Under the pieces are notes generated by a model that did no database searches, was not told where the DNA came from, and was given only the letters and a program-made list of their open reading frames with translations. A stretch of DNA of 64,000 nt from Amoebophrya sp. A120 (lineage: Eukaryota; Protista; Dinoflagellata), in assembly GCA_905178155.1 (NCBI GenBank), contig CAJINV010000006.1:2954658-3018657 (forward strand), given 5' to 3'. Below, piece after piece: positions 48,001 through 60,100 of the stretch (position 1 is the stretch's first letter; every line of letters starts with the position of its first letter). The translations under genes and the position numbers were made by a program.

Positions 48001-51000
48001 GGGGCAGAACGTGTTCGGACAAGGGGCGCAACCGGGGACAACGGGCGCGACACAGATTTCCGCGAACAACAAAAATCCGAGCAACAGTAACAACAACCTA
48101 GGTCCAGGCAGCAAAACCTCGCAGCCCTTCAACAACCCCTTGGTGGACTTGTCCGCCACGTTGCAATATGGATTGTAAAAGTATCGTACTAGTAGTAAAA
48201 ATCGCAGTTATTCATTACAAATTCTTCTCTTTGGGTAAACCCGCATCACAATAAATTTACATTTCTCATGCTGAGGAAATTTGTCATGCGATTTGTACTA
48301 TCACGATGCTTTTGCAGTGCATATGCAGATGATCAATGTCTACAACGCGGAGGTGAGGATTTACCACTACACCCTATCCTGTGTAAAAAGGTCCCCACCC
48401 CAGAGTTAACTTGGGAATTCTGCAACATAGATCCAGAAGTTTTGGGAGTCACGCATGACAAGTTTTTCTCTGTACTGTAATGCGGGTTAGCAAGGACAAC
48501 CGCATCACAAATCCATCCTGGTATCCTGTTTACAGCATAACAAATTTTTGCATAACACGATTGAAAATGCCTTTCATGGAAATGCGCATTACAAGTTTTC
48601 CTGTGATTGTAATTCTGCATGACAACTCTGGGGTGGGGACGTTTTTACAGAGGATTCACCCAGCTCCACGGCATGTCGTTGCACGTTCTCCTCCGGCACT
48701 GCAACGCTTTGGCAGATTCGCTCAAGAAGGACGCTCAGCTTGAGGTGTCGTTGCCAAAAACGCGCACGGTGGAAGAGTTAGTGCGGTGGCTGGTGGCCAC
48801 CGAGTGCCACCTGCTCCTCGGGTTTTACCTGCACCTATGGATTGCAAAAATGTCTGGGTCTGGAAGAAGTCAAACTTGTGATGCGCATTTCAGAACGCAG
48901 AAAAATCTCTCATGCATAGGCAGCAAAAGTAGTTGCCCACTTTCTGTCACCAAAATGGGGGATTTGTGATGCGGATCCGGCATTGTTGCGGAAGCTTCTG
49001 GATGAAACCTGTGATGCTAGAGCTTTCATGCAACAGACCTTCTGTGTCATGCAAAAGAGCATGACTCTTCCAGACCCAGACACTTTTGCATTTGATAGCG
49101 CCCAGAATTTGACAAGGAGCACATGTTCGACCACTTCAGCTCGGTCGAGAACCCAGACGACCTATCAAAAGGAATAATCTTCTCTTCCCATATCGAAAAC
49201 GAAATTTGTGATGCTGTATAGTATTTGAGTACAGATGAAATCGACTTGTGTTGCTAGACTGCCAAGAGCCGCAGTTGTGGCCTCGTTTGCAGGCAATTTG
49301 TCATGCTGTATCCCACTTGCAGCGGCCTCCTGTCATGCTGAAGATGCAAGACTTTCTCGCGCAGCCCAGCACTACAGACCGCATCTGTTCCCTTCTAGCA
49401 TGACTAAGCTGAGTTGTGCCCACAAATCTGCATCACAGGTTTCCGCTTTGAGATGGGGAGGGGGGATTTTTCTTCTTGATACGACCCAGCGGCACACCTG
49501 AACCCGGAGATCGCGCACGAACTCGCGCAAATGGAGCACGTGGTGGCGAGAAAGCGGTCGATCTTGACGGTATCAAATGCAAAAATGTCTGGGTCTGGGA
49601 GGATGGAACTTGTGATGCGTCCTGTGGGGCACACAAAAATCTGTGTTGCGTGATCACCAAGAGTTGTCCTTTTTTGACCAACATGAGCGGCAGTTTCTCA
49701 TGCAGGATTTAGGCGTGATAGCGATTTCGCAGAATCTGTCATGCTAGGTCCTGCATTCCACACCACATGGGCGGGCATGGAAAATATGCATGACAAGTCT
49801 GCATTCTTCCAGACCCGGACGACATTTTTGCATTTGATAGACGGACAAACTGCTCTCTTCCTCCGATGCCGTAAACAAGCAGCGCAGCAGCGAAAACAAC
49901 CGGCAGAAACATTTACAAGCCGTATCCTATGTAAAAACGTACCCACCCCAGAGTTGTCATGCAATTCTGCATGCCAAAAAAGTTTCTCACGCGGAGCCCT
50001 ATGAGAAGCATTTTCTATTCGTGTTTTGGAATTTGTGATGCTAGAATCAGTATGGTAGGCTAGATCTGTAATGCTTCTGAGCCAGCGAAACAGGATTACA
50101 CTACGAGGAAAAACTTGTCATGCCAAACGACCAAAGCTGTGTGATTTGTCTAGCAGATTTGCCAACTTGACTCTGGTGTGGGTACGTTTTTACTCAGGAT
50201 AAGCCGCGACGCTGCACAAACCAGTCGACGAGTTGATTCCGGACGAGCACCCCATGAAGGAAATGGCCATGCTATCAAAAGGAAAAATCCCCCCTGCTCC
50301 CCATATTGAAATGGAAACTTCTGTTGCTGGATTTGTGTACACAAATCAGGTTTGTCTTGCAGGAGAAGATTGCAGACACATATCAAGCCTAAGTAGTAGA
50401 GAGGCTTTGGCCCCCTAGGCGCTTAGCATGACAGACGTCTACGCGGTAGGAGCAAGAGCATGACAAACCGCCTGTAGAATGCGGCGGCTGTCTGTGGCGT
50501 TGCCTTCATGCAACACACAGACCATTTGTGGTCACAAATCAGCAACACAGATTTTCGAAAACGCAGACGCACCTTGTCAACATGAGGAGCAGAGGGGATT
50601 TTTCCTTACGATACATGCTGATGCGGAAGCTCGGCGCCCCCAACGCAATGATTGCGTTGGAACTCCGGAAACCGACGAAACCCTTCCACGACCACCACCG
50701 AAAATTGCACGCAGACGGGCTCCGGATGGTAGAGCAGGCGAAACTGTACGGCGGCATGAGCTACGCGGGTGGAAGAACAGCGGATCGGGGAGATCTGAAA
50801 GCCGCCGCGCACTTCGACGATGACGCCGCAGGTACTATGCTAGTACTGTAAATTTGTGATGCGCAACATGCAATAAGTTGATTGCGCCACCTATCATGCT
50901 GTGGCTGCATTGTGCGGCCCGTTTAAGCAGGGCGTTTGCACGTACCATCTGCGCATGACAGGTTTTTGCTGTCATGCGAGAGATATTTGCTATGCTAATT

Positions 51001-54000
51001 CTCTAAAAAAGTTTAAGCCTACAATTTTTTGTTTGGCATTGATTTTTTTTTTTAGACCACGAGCATGAGAACAAGTTGATAAGTAATTTCGAATACAACC
51101 ACTCCAGGCGAGCGCGTGAAATCTGAGATGGAATACGGACTGGGGCATTTGTATGAAGTGCAAATATAATGTCTGGGTCTGGAAGGATGCCGGGTTCTTT
51201 GTCATGCACGTTTTGCATGACCCATGGCGCCTGTGATGCATTGCCTAGCATCACAGATTTTTCGAGGGCTTCCTGATGCCTATTCCGCATGAGAAATGTC
51301 CTCTCAGCGTAGCTGCATAAACTACTGGGCTCCTCTTGCTGGTCATGCAATACAGATTTTTTTTATAATCCAAGGACAGCATCACAGATCCAGGGGTATT
51401 TGCAATGCATAATTTGAAAAAACACGAGTTCCACTACGACACCGATGCCGCGGGACAGCGGCACGAGGAGTTTGGCCTGGGCCACCACATCCACTTTGTC
51501 GACAACTACGCTGTCATATGAGAGTGCACAACCCCACCCCCTCCTCCTCATTTATGTGGCATGATGAACAGCAACACAAGCGCTGGCAAAGTAGATAAAT
51601 GCAGCAGCTTTTGCATGACAAATTCCGAGAGGACTGCAGTGCAGCTGTTTTGGGTCATTCCGGAGTCTGTCATGCAATCAGTGCTAGCAGGCAAATGGTA
51701 GATTTGGAATTTTGCATGACAAATGAGGGGAAGGGGGGGGTTGTGCACTCTCATATGTCACGCACGACAAGTCCGCGGCGGGCGTTGCAACCGAGCGGCT
51801 AATATCCTGTGCAAAAGTATCGTACTCGTATTGCAATCCTGCATTACAAATTTTTTTCTGAAGCTAAATCCGCATTACAAACTTTATTTCTCATGCTGAG
51901 GAAATTTGTAATGCATTTATACGAGTGCGATACTTGTGCAATGCATAGCTAAGCGAGAAGCTGATTCAGTTTGGGTCGGCCCACCACCAAGACAATATGG
52001 ATTGCAAAAATGTCTGGGTCTGGAAGAATGCGCGATTTGTCATGCAGCTTTTCCATGACGCAAGAGGTCTGGAATGCAGGACCTAGCATGACAGACTCTG
52101 TGCGATATCTCTCATGCCTATCCTGCATGAGAAACTCCCTCCCGACTTGGTCAAAACTGGACGACTTTTGGTAATCACGCAACACAGATTCTTGCATGCT
52201 TCAGATTTAGCATGACAAGTTGCATTCTTCCAGACCCAGACGTTTTTACATTTGATAGACAAAAATTGCACGCAAAAATTGCGGGTGCACAGCCCACTCA
52301 GACACTCGCACTTTCAAGGTATAATGTTAATCGAGAATGATTTTGTTTTTGTTTTTGTACTAGCGACGATGATCATTTGATGCTATCAGCTGAAACAACA
52401 GAGGCTGATCAGGAACGTTGCAGATGCTGAGCAGGGATAACGTCGGTGTCTGTTTTCATTCACGACGGCTGCACACAGCATGCGTATCAATCGTAAAAAT
52501 TGACTCGCGACTTCTTGTAGGCCACAAAAAAAACCGGAAAGATTTCTTCTATGCAATCCAGATGTAAGTACTTTGTGTTTGTCGCATCTTGTATCCAATC
52601 AATCTGCTCGCATCTTCACCAACACAGATGAGAATATCATGGCACATAATCTTAAATCTGCAATGCAAAAAACACTACTAGGCTCCGACGTCGTGCACCG
52701 GGTGGAAATTAGCCCAGGAGAATACCGGGTCGAGGATCGTTATGGAAGCGTCAGGTTTGAAATCGACAAAGTTGAAATGATTTGCCATGCATAAAATGGA
52801 TGCCAGTTGTAACCCAGTTTTCAAGTGGCGCATGACAAATTTGGGTAGAGCCGAAATCCAGTTTGTCATGCTGTTCCGGCAAAGAAGACTGCTCCTGTCA
52901 TGCTATTTCAGCAGCTCAGTTGCTACCACTCAACAGACTTACAATCTGCCTCACTTGCCTACTCTGCAAGACAGGCACTTTGTGGGCTGCATTTTTTGCA
53001 TGGCAAATCATTTCAACTTTGACGATTTCAATCCTGACACATCCATAATCGGCAGAAATTCGGACTTTCGCGGCGGCATTACGATCAGGAGTACAAAGAC
53101 GCTTTTACCACAACGCTATCAAATGCAAATAAAAATATGCCTGGGTATGGAAAAACCGTGTGATCTGATGCCAAAATGTGGATGATGGAAAGAACACTTA
53201 TTCCGGATGCAGCCCAGCATCACAACTTTCCAGAACTACGCTTTCATCTCATTGGCAGGCCGCATGAGAAACTGCGTTTTAATATTTGCAGGACAAAAAA
53301 ATGGCTGCAACTCCAACTTTATTTGTTGGTCATGCAATACAGATTTCACAGGAATGTAAGGCCAGCATTACAACTTCCAATTTTCCAAACCCAGACATAT
53401 TATTTGCATTTGATACGAGCCGAAGGGCGACGGGGGATTTCAGCCCGGGCACAAGCAGAGACGGCATATTTCCCCCTTGAGAACGGACGGATTGAATTAT
53501 CAACGTGAAAAACACCCCCACCCCACATGAAAAAGGAAATTTGTGTTGCTGGATTTCTGTACACAAATCAGCTTTGTATTGTGGCAAGGGCGTGAAGGCA
53601 TTTTTCAAGCCTGGTTGGGTATGCAAAAGGCTAGCAGCTAGGCATTACAGACAGGTTTGCAGTAGGTAAAAGCGCATGACAGATTTGCTGTCGGATGCGA
53701 GATATGGCTCCCAATTGCCTCATGTGCAAGACAAAGCTGATTTGTGGTCACAAATCAGCATCACATTTTGAGTACGGGGAGGGGGGATTTTTCCTCGCGA
53801 TATGAATGGGGAAATGTTTTCTGCAGATGGCCGATCCAATCAGATCGTGTATGCACTGCAAAAGCATCGTAGTACTAGTATGAATTGCATTACAAATTTT
53901 CACAGCATGAGAAATGGAATTTGTAATGCTGATTGACCTGAGGAGAAAGATTTGTAATGCATAGCGTGCAATTAATATTACGAGTACGATGCTTTTGCAA

Positions 54001-54795
54001 AGCATATCGTGTATGTGGGGACAAATTACAGTAATCAAGTGCAACGAAGCCAACCGAACCAAGTAGTACCGCCAACATCTTCTTCAGCAGCCGCCGCCGC
54101 GGGCTACTCGAAGTTTTTGCCACCATATGAAGTGTGCACAACTCCACCCCCTCATTCTCATTTCTCGTGCAAAATCCCGAATCCAAGCGCTTCCCTTGTA
54201 TCACTTTTATGCATGACAGATTCCGGAAGCCCAGCCAGGACTACACTAGAACTGCATGAATTTTTTGTCATGCACAGGCTCCACGTGTGCTGGTGTTTGT
54301 ATTGCTGTGCCTGCAATACAAATGAGAGGGAGGGGGAGTTGTGCACTCTCATACACCACGGCAGATTGTGTCCGAAGTAACGCGGGGAAATAACTTCGGG
54401 GTGGGAAATATGGATGTGTCAGGATCGAAATCGACAAAATCGGAAAATTTGTGATGCGTAAAATGTAGAGCAGCACTGAAGGCCTTTATTCGGGAGCAGG
54501 CAAATGAGACCAATTATGAGCCTGTTTAGGGGTATGCAATGTGCTGCCAGAGTAGCAAGACAGGAGGAGTCTTCTTTGCCCAAACAGCATAACAGCCTGG
54601 ATTTGGGTTCTCCCGAAATTTGTCATGCGCCACTCGGAAACTGATGCTCCAACTGACATCGATTTTGTGCATCACAAATTTTTCGATTTTGTCAATTTCG
54701 ATTCTGACACTCCCATAGGAAACAACACAGGGGCAATGGACCTGCCACCCACGGTTTTCGAGGGCCACGGATCAGTCCTGCGGGGGCAAAAGTAG
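45028..54795 (+). CDS. Hypothetical protein, 26 introners plus 2 canonical GT-AG introns
   Basis: ATG 45028 (MYDRISQMDLEQQQ) to TAG 54793-54795 (HGSVLRGQK*). Introners: 45140-45415, 45477-45731, 45791-45990, 46185-46430, 46500-46649, 46733-47022, 47108-47256, 47343-47558, 47631-47898, 48167-48323, 48375-48656, 48836-49097, 49163-49481, 49571-49839, 49923-50201, 50273-50613, 51152-51411, 51517-51755, 51803-51947, 51996-52257, 52741-53047, 53117-53415, 53498-53802, 53850-54006, 54126-54353, 54409-54717. Inferred GT-AG introns 50832-51107 and 52319-52681 keep the frame. Confidence 0.8.
45791..45990. mobile_element. Introner family G (TATCCAGGAAAAAAACTG), ~200-220 bp
   Basis: TSD ACCAG. Other copies start at 1928, 10658, 47343. 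Confidence 0.9.
51517..51755. mobile_element. Introner family F (TATGAGAGTGCACAAC), ~230 bp
   Basis: TSD TGTCA. Other copies start at 5205, 12518, 12803, 42706, 54126. Confidence 0.92.
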
Positions 54796-55688
54796 TTTTA
54801 TTGTGTGGCTCCTAGATTCCCATTCATTGGATAGTATTATGGCATTTTAGCTTTCTCATCTACATATTTTATTTTTTGTGAGGTGAAGCATAAGATAGCC
54901 TGTAGCTGTACCTGTTTCTTCATTACAAGTAGTTGCACGACGGTGGTGCTGTGACAGCAGGCTCTCCCAGCAGCTGCTCATTGCAACATAACATTCCCCA
55001 GGCCTGAACCCTCGTTTTTTTTTGTTTCTCACCAGTTGGCTCGGCTTTTTTTTCGAATTTTTTACATGATTCAGTACGACGAGAGTGCGACTTGTTGTCT
55101 ACACTAGTATTTTTTCTCTCTTCTTGTTTTTTTTCCATATCCATTCCCATTTGTCTGCGCACGCAGCTTCAGTACTATCATCCCCTCCGTATGTAGTAAT
55201 TTGCGATTCATTTCTTTCCATGTCGATGTAAGCTATTCCTATTTCAGAGGGGCCCCAGGTTGGAACAAACAACAGTCACGCACTTCAAAAACACGAGCCA
55301 GCTTGGAAACCAAAACAATGCGTGACCGGCGAAAATTGATGCTCACCCTCCTGAGCGAGACTCGTGTTGAGCGACCCATGACGGCACGATGACATCCTCA
55401 ACGAAGGAGCCGTAGTACTAGTACCCCGAAAGTAGTAGCACGTGCTGCATCAAAATAGTACACGACGGGGACAAGCCTGCAATGTTAAACTTTTGAAAGA
55501 CATTCGAACGAAAACCGTTTCAGCCGCTGCTCGCGGACGAAGTTGGCTAGCTGCAGGGTTTGGCACAAGCCTACTCAGTCGTGTTTCCGAGTACGAAAAT
55601 AGCAGAGCAGGAGTTGCTGCTGCATCCGGTCGTGTGCTGGTCGTTTTAACGAATCAAGTAAATGACCTATTGTCCTGTACGTAAGTTC

Positions 55689-56895
55689 TTGTACGAAGTG
55701 GAACCGACTGCAGGTGATGACGCACAAGCACCAGCTGGGTGCAGGTCATTTCTCCTGCCCATTTGTAGTTGCGCTGTCGTTGAGACGAAGCATTCCACAA
55801 AAGAGCAAACGCTGCGGAGAACTTCTACAGGAAGGCATCTTCATGTATGGTCGTGTAATTCAATTACAATTAAATAATTGGATTTTTAGCACTGTTGCTG
55901 TTTCTTCTTGGCAGCTTCGGTTGATCTATCATCTTCCCCTTCGTTATTTCATTGCTTCGTACGTATTTCTGTTTGCGCTTTCTTGCGTGTCGTCGCGTTC
56001 GGGTTGGTTCTGCCCTTTACAGCAGCTTCTGTTTTTGAAAATGTCTGGTGTATTTATAGTAATCATGAAATTGCAGTGTAGCTGTAGTGTGTCAGAGTGA
56101 AAGACTAAAGACATGCTGTAGAAGAATTTTTTTCCAATTTTTTGGCAAAAAGTCACGTTTTTCATTTTTAACCTTCAGAAGGTTTTGAAAAATCAACCTT
56201 CAGAAGGCCAAAACCTTCAAGAAGGTCCAAAGTCAATGCGTGCCAAACCTTCAGAAGATTTTTTTGATCAAAAACCTTCTGAAGGTCAAAGGCACACCTT
56301 CTGAAGGTAATTACCTTCTGAAGGTTCACAAAAAAAAATAAATTTTCGCGGCGCAGGATCTGCTTCCGTTTCAATTTTGGTCGTTTTTTGAACTGCTATT
56401 TTTAGAACCTTCTGAAGGTTCGTCGACTCTTCTGAAGAGTCTTCTGAAGAATTTTCTTCTGAAGGTAGTTTTGATTTTTTCCCTTATAGTCCTTCAATTA
56501 GTTGTACGAAGTGGAGCCGACTGCTGGTGATGACGCACAAGCACCAGCTGGGTGCAGTTCATTTCTCCTGCTTATTTGTAGTTGCGCTGTCGTTGAGACG
56601 AAGCCCAAGCCCTGAACAAAAGAGTAAACGTTGCAGAGAGCGTCTCTCTACAGGAAGTCATCTTCATCTGTAGCCGTGTTGTAATTGGATTATCACTGTT
56701 CTTTCTTGTTGGCTTCAGTTGATGATTTCGTCCCCTTCGTTAATATTTCATTGTTTCGTATGTATTTGCGCTTTCTTGCGTGGTGTCGTGTTTGGGTTGG
56801 TTCTGCCCTGTACAGCGGCTTATGTTTTTAGAAATGTCCTTGCTGTGATGTAGCTTGCCAGAGTGAAAGACCACTAAAGACATGCTGTAGAAGAA
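55689..56895. repeat. Diverged ~400-bp direct repeat flanking a block of CCTTCWGAAGG palindromes
   Basis: Copies 55689-56126 and 56502-56895 both start TTGTACGAAGTGGA.CCGACTGC.GGTGATGACGCACAAGCACC and end ACTAAAGACATGCTGTAGAAGAA. The middle has about 10 CTTC[A/T]GAAG units. Confidence 0.85.
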
Positions 56896-57163
56896 GAAGT
56901 TCTTTCGAGCGGCTTTTTTGTTGCGAGGACAGAGAAAATATTTTCAACATCGTGAGAACCAGAACTACAGAAAGCAAGGCGAGTCAGTTGTAATGTAAGG
57001 ACTGCTAATATCCAGATCAAAAACAAAATCAAAATAGCAAAGTTCAATGCAAGGTGGCCGCTAGTCTTGTGCCGGACTAAACAAGCATACAAGAAGAACA
57101 GAAAAAAAATAAAACTATGCACCCGGAGCAGCTTCTACACCATCCGCTCTCAAAGTCCAAATC

Positions 57164-60100
57164 ATGAATCCGCTCTCAAAGTCCAAAAGCTTTGATCACA
57201 AGCAGGACATAGCTCACCGGGAAGCCAGCACGCTGAAAGAGCGACAGGATGCGGCTAGCGCGGCGAGTTTGTTGATATCGTGAGAAAAAGCCCTCTCAGT
57301 CTCAAACCTTTTTGCTTTGCAAATTCAGCAATAAGTACAAATTGAAATTTGCTCAGCATCTTGACACGGAAATAAACCCGTGATGCGTCGAATACAAGGG
57401 AAATAAACACCTATAGCTGCAGACGATTAGGATTATCTCGCATGCCGAGCATGACATAAAACTGTCTCAAGGAAGTTGCTCATCACAAGTTGAGACTGAG
57501 ACAGTTTTTTCTCAGGATAGTTGACTAAGAAAAATTACCAATACGGAGGTTCCTCCGCTTCGACCTCGAAAAATCCGCATTTGATATTCTGAGTAAAAAC
57601 GTCCCCACCCCAGAGTTGTCGTGCAATCCTGCATGCCAAAAACGTTTCTCATGCGGAGCCCTAGCAGAAGCATTTCCTATTCCTGTTTTGAACTTTGTGA
57701 TGCTAGAATCAGCATGATATGCTAGATCTGTGATGCTTCTGAGCTAGCTAATCAGGATTACACTACGAGGACAACCTTGTCATGCCAAACAACCAAAGCT
57801 GTGTGATTTGTCTAGCAGATTTCCCATCTTGACTCTGGTGTGAGGACGTTTCTAATCAGGATATTTGAACAGACAAAACTACGGTAATGATGCAGCGTCT
57901 TCGAACACGCAGCCCAGCCGCCTGTACCCGACAACTTCTGCGCAAGATGATCATATCCCTAGGACCACGAGGACCGGAACATCATCAACCCCAAGAGCTG
58001 CACAACAAGATCAGTGGCGGCACCCCGACGCGCCCGCCCCGCACCCGCAGCGGAGTTTGAAGCGGTGTTTGTTACTGTATGAACAAGCCGTGAACCTGCA
58101 GCGAAGAAGAACGCAGCTGTCGGCGCGGACCTTGCACGAACAGCAGGGCAGCAATCCTTACCACGAGCAGAACTTTTCGTCTGCTTACCTGGATGATCAT
58201 ATGAACTGCAAATGTGTACTCTGGAGCTGGAATAAACTTGTGATGCTATTTTGTAAATGGTGGGCGCACTGCGTTATGCAGCCACGCATGACAAGTTTGT
58301 GAGGTCCTGTGTGTTTCGCTTCGCGTTCGCGCATGACAAACTTCATTTTTACATACGGGTGCCTTCCTGCTCATGTAATACAGATAGAAGAGTCATGTGA
58401 GACAAGCATGACAAGCTTGCATTCACTTCCAGAACCAGACATATTTGCAGTTGATAGATCAAGACGTCGCGCGGGGCCGCAGCAGAACGGCCGCTAGCCG
58501 CATGTTTACACCAGAGTCACTATGGATTGTAAAAATGTCTGGGTCTGGAAGATTGCCAGGTTTGTCATGCATATTTTGCATGACCCATAAGGCCTGTAAT
58601 GCAAGAGCTAGCATCACAGACTTTTTGAGGGCTTCCTGATGCCTCTCCCGCATGACAAATGCCCTCCCAGCGTAGCACAATCTGGACTCCTCTTGCTGGT
58701 CATGCAATGCAGATTTTTTTAGAATCGAAAGACAGCATGACAGGTTGCGATCTTCCAGACCCAGACATTTTTACATTTGATAGTCACGAGTTAGGAACAA
58801 CATTTTCCCACGCGCCATTTCGACGAGCACCATCATCACTGGCCACAGCCGGTCCGTTATCGCAGAGGAAAATTGGCCCTCCCCATAGATATCATCAAAA
58901 TGGAAATCTGTGATGCGGGATTTGTGTTGTACACAAATCCAAATCGATTCTGTTTTGCAGTAGAGGACTGCACGCAGATCCTATGCCTAGGTGAGGGCAT
59001 TTTGGTGTAGACGCCTAGCATGGTAGACGGCTAGTTTCCTGTAGGCCTACATAGCGTTACAAAACGCCACCATAAAAACGAGGCGGACAGCCTGAATTCT
59101 GTGCCTTCTTGCAAGACACTCACAAATCTGCATCTTCACAAATGTGCTTGTAATATGGGGACGAGGGGGGGATGTTTCCTTGCAATATCCGTGCCGCAGA
59201 CACCCACCACCAACCGATCTTCGAGCAACGTGTGGCGGAGTCTGGATGAAGACCACTTTTCTATCCTGTGCAAAAGTATCGTACTCGTACGTAGTAATTG
59301 CAAATGCGATCATGCGTTGCAAGTCTTTTTCTGAAGGTAAATCTGGACTACGAATTTTATTTCCCATGCTGAGGAAATTTGTAGTGCATTTATACGAGTG
59401 CGATACTTTTGCAGTTCATATTTTCCACCCCGAAGCAACTTCGCGGACGGGGACTGACCTACGGGGAACAGCTACAAGGCGGGCTCCGCTCCCGGTCACA
59501 GCCGCCCGACCATAGTGCAACTACCGGCGCGGACCACCCGCCGGACGAAGTTGTCAACACCGGGGCTGACGACGCACAAGCCGCCGGGGAAGATCCGAAT
59601 TTCACTGATGATCCACAAAGTACGAACAGAACCCTATCAGAAGGAAAAATCTTCCCTCCCCATATGGAAAAGGCACGCCTCAGAAAATTTGCAATGCTGA
59701 TTTGTGACCACAAATCGTGTCTGTCTTGCAAGAAAGCAACGCCACAGGTTCCGCCCCATTATGCAGATGGTTTGTGATGCTCATGCGCCTACAGTATAGA
59801 CGTTTCTCATGCTGATTGCCTAGGCCAAAACCTCGCTACTCTGGCATGATGTGCGCCTTGCAGTCCTCTACTGCAATAGAAATCTGATTTGTGCGCAGAT
59901 TCAGCATCAGAGCTATCGTTTTGATGTGGAGAGGGAGGACGTTTCCTTCTGATAAACCCTCCAGAGATCCTTCTCGGCCCGCCCCGCGAACACCGAGCCG
60001 CCGTCGAGTGGGGGCGGGGGGGCCACGACGAGCAACTTCTATAACCGGTCCGTCTCCGCGAGCCGGCGGTATCCTGTGCAAATAAAGTATCGTACTCGTA

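Noticed and set aside
57117-57187. Upstream ATG at 57117 as start of the last gene
   Set aside because: A short tandem duplication (ATCCGCTCTCAAAGTCCAAA) puts it out of frame with a stop, whereas ATG 57164 is in frame.
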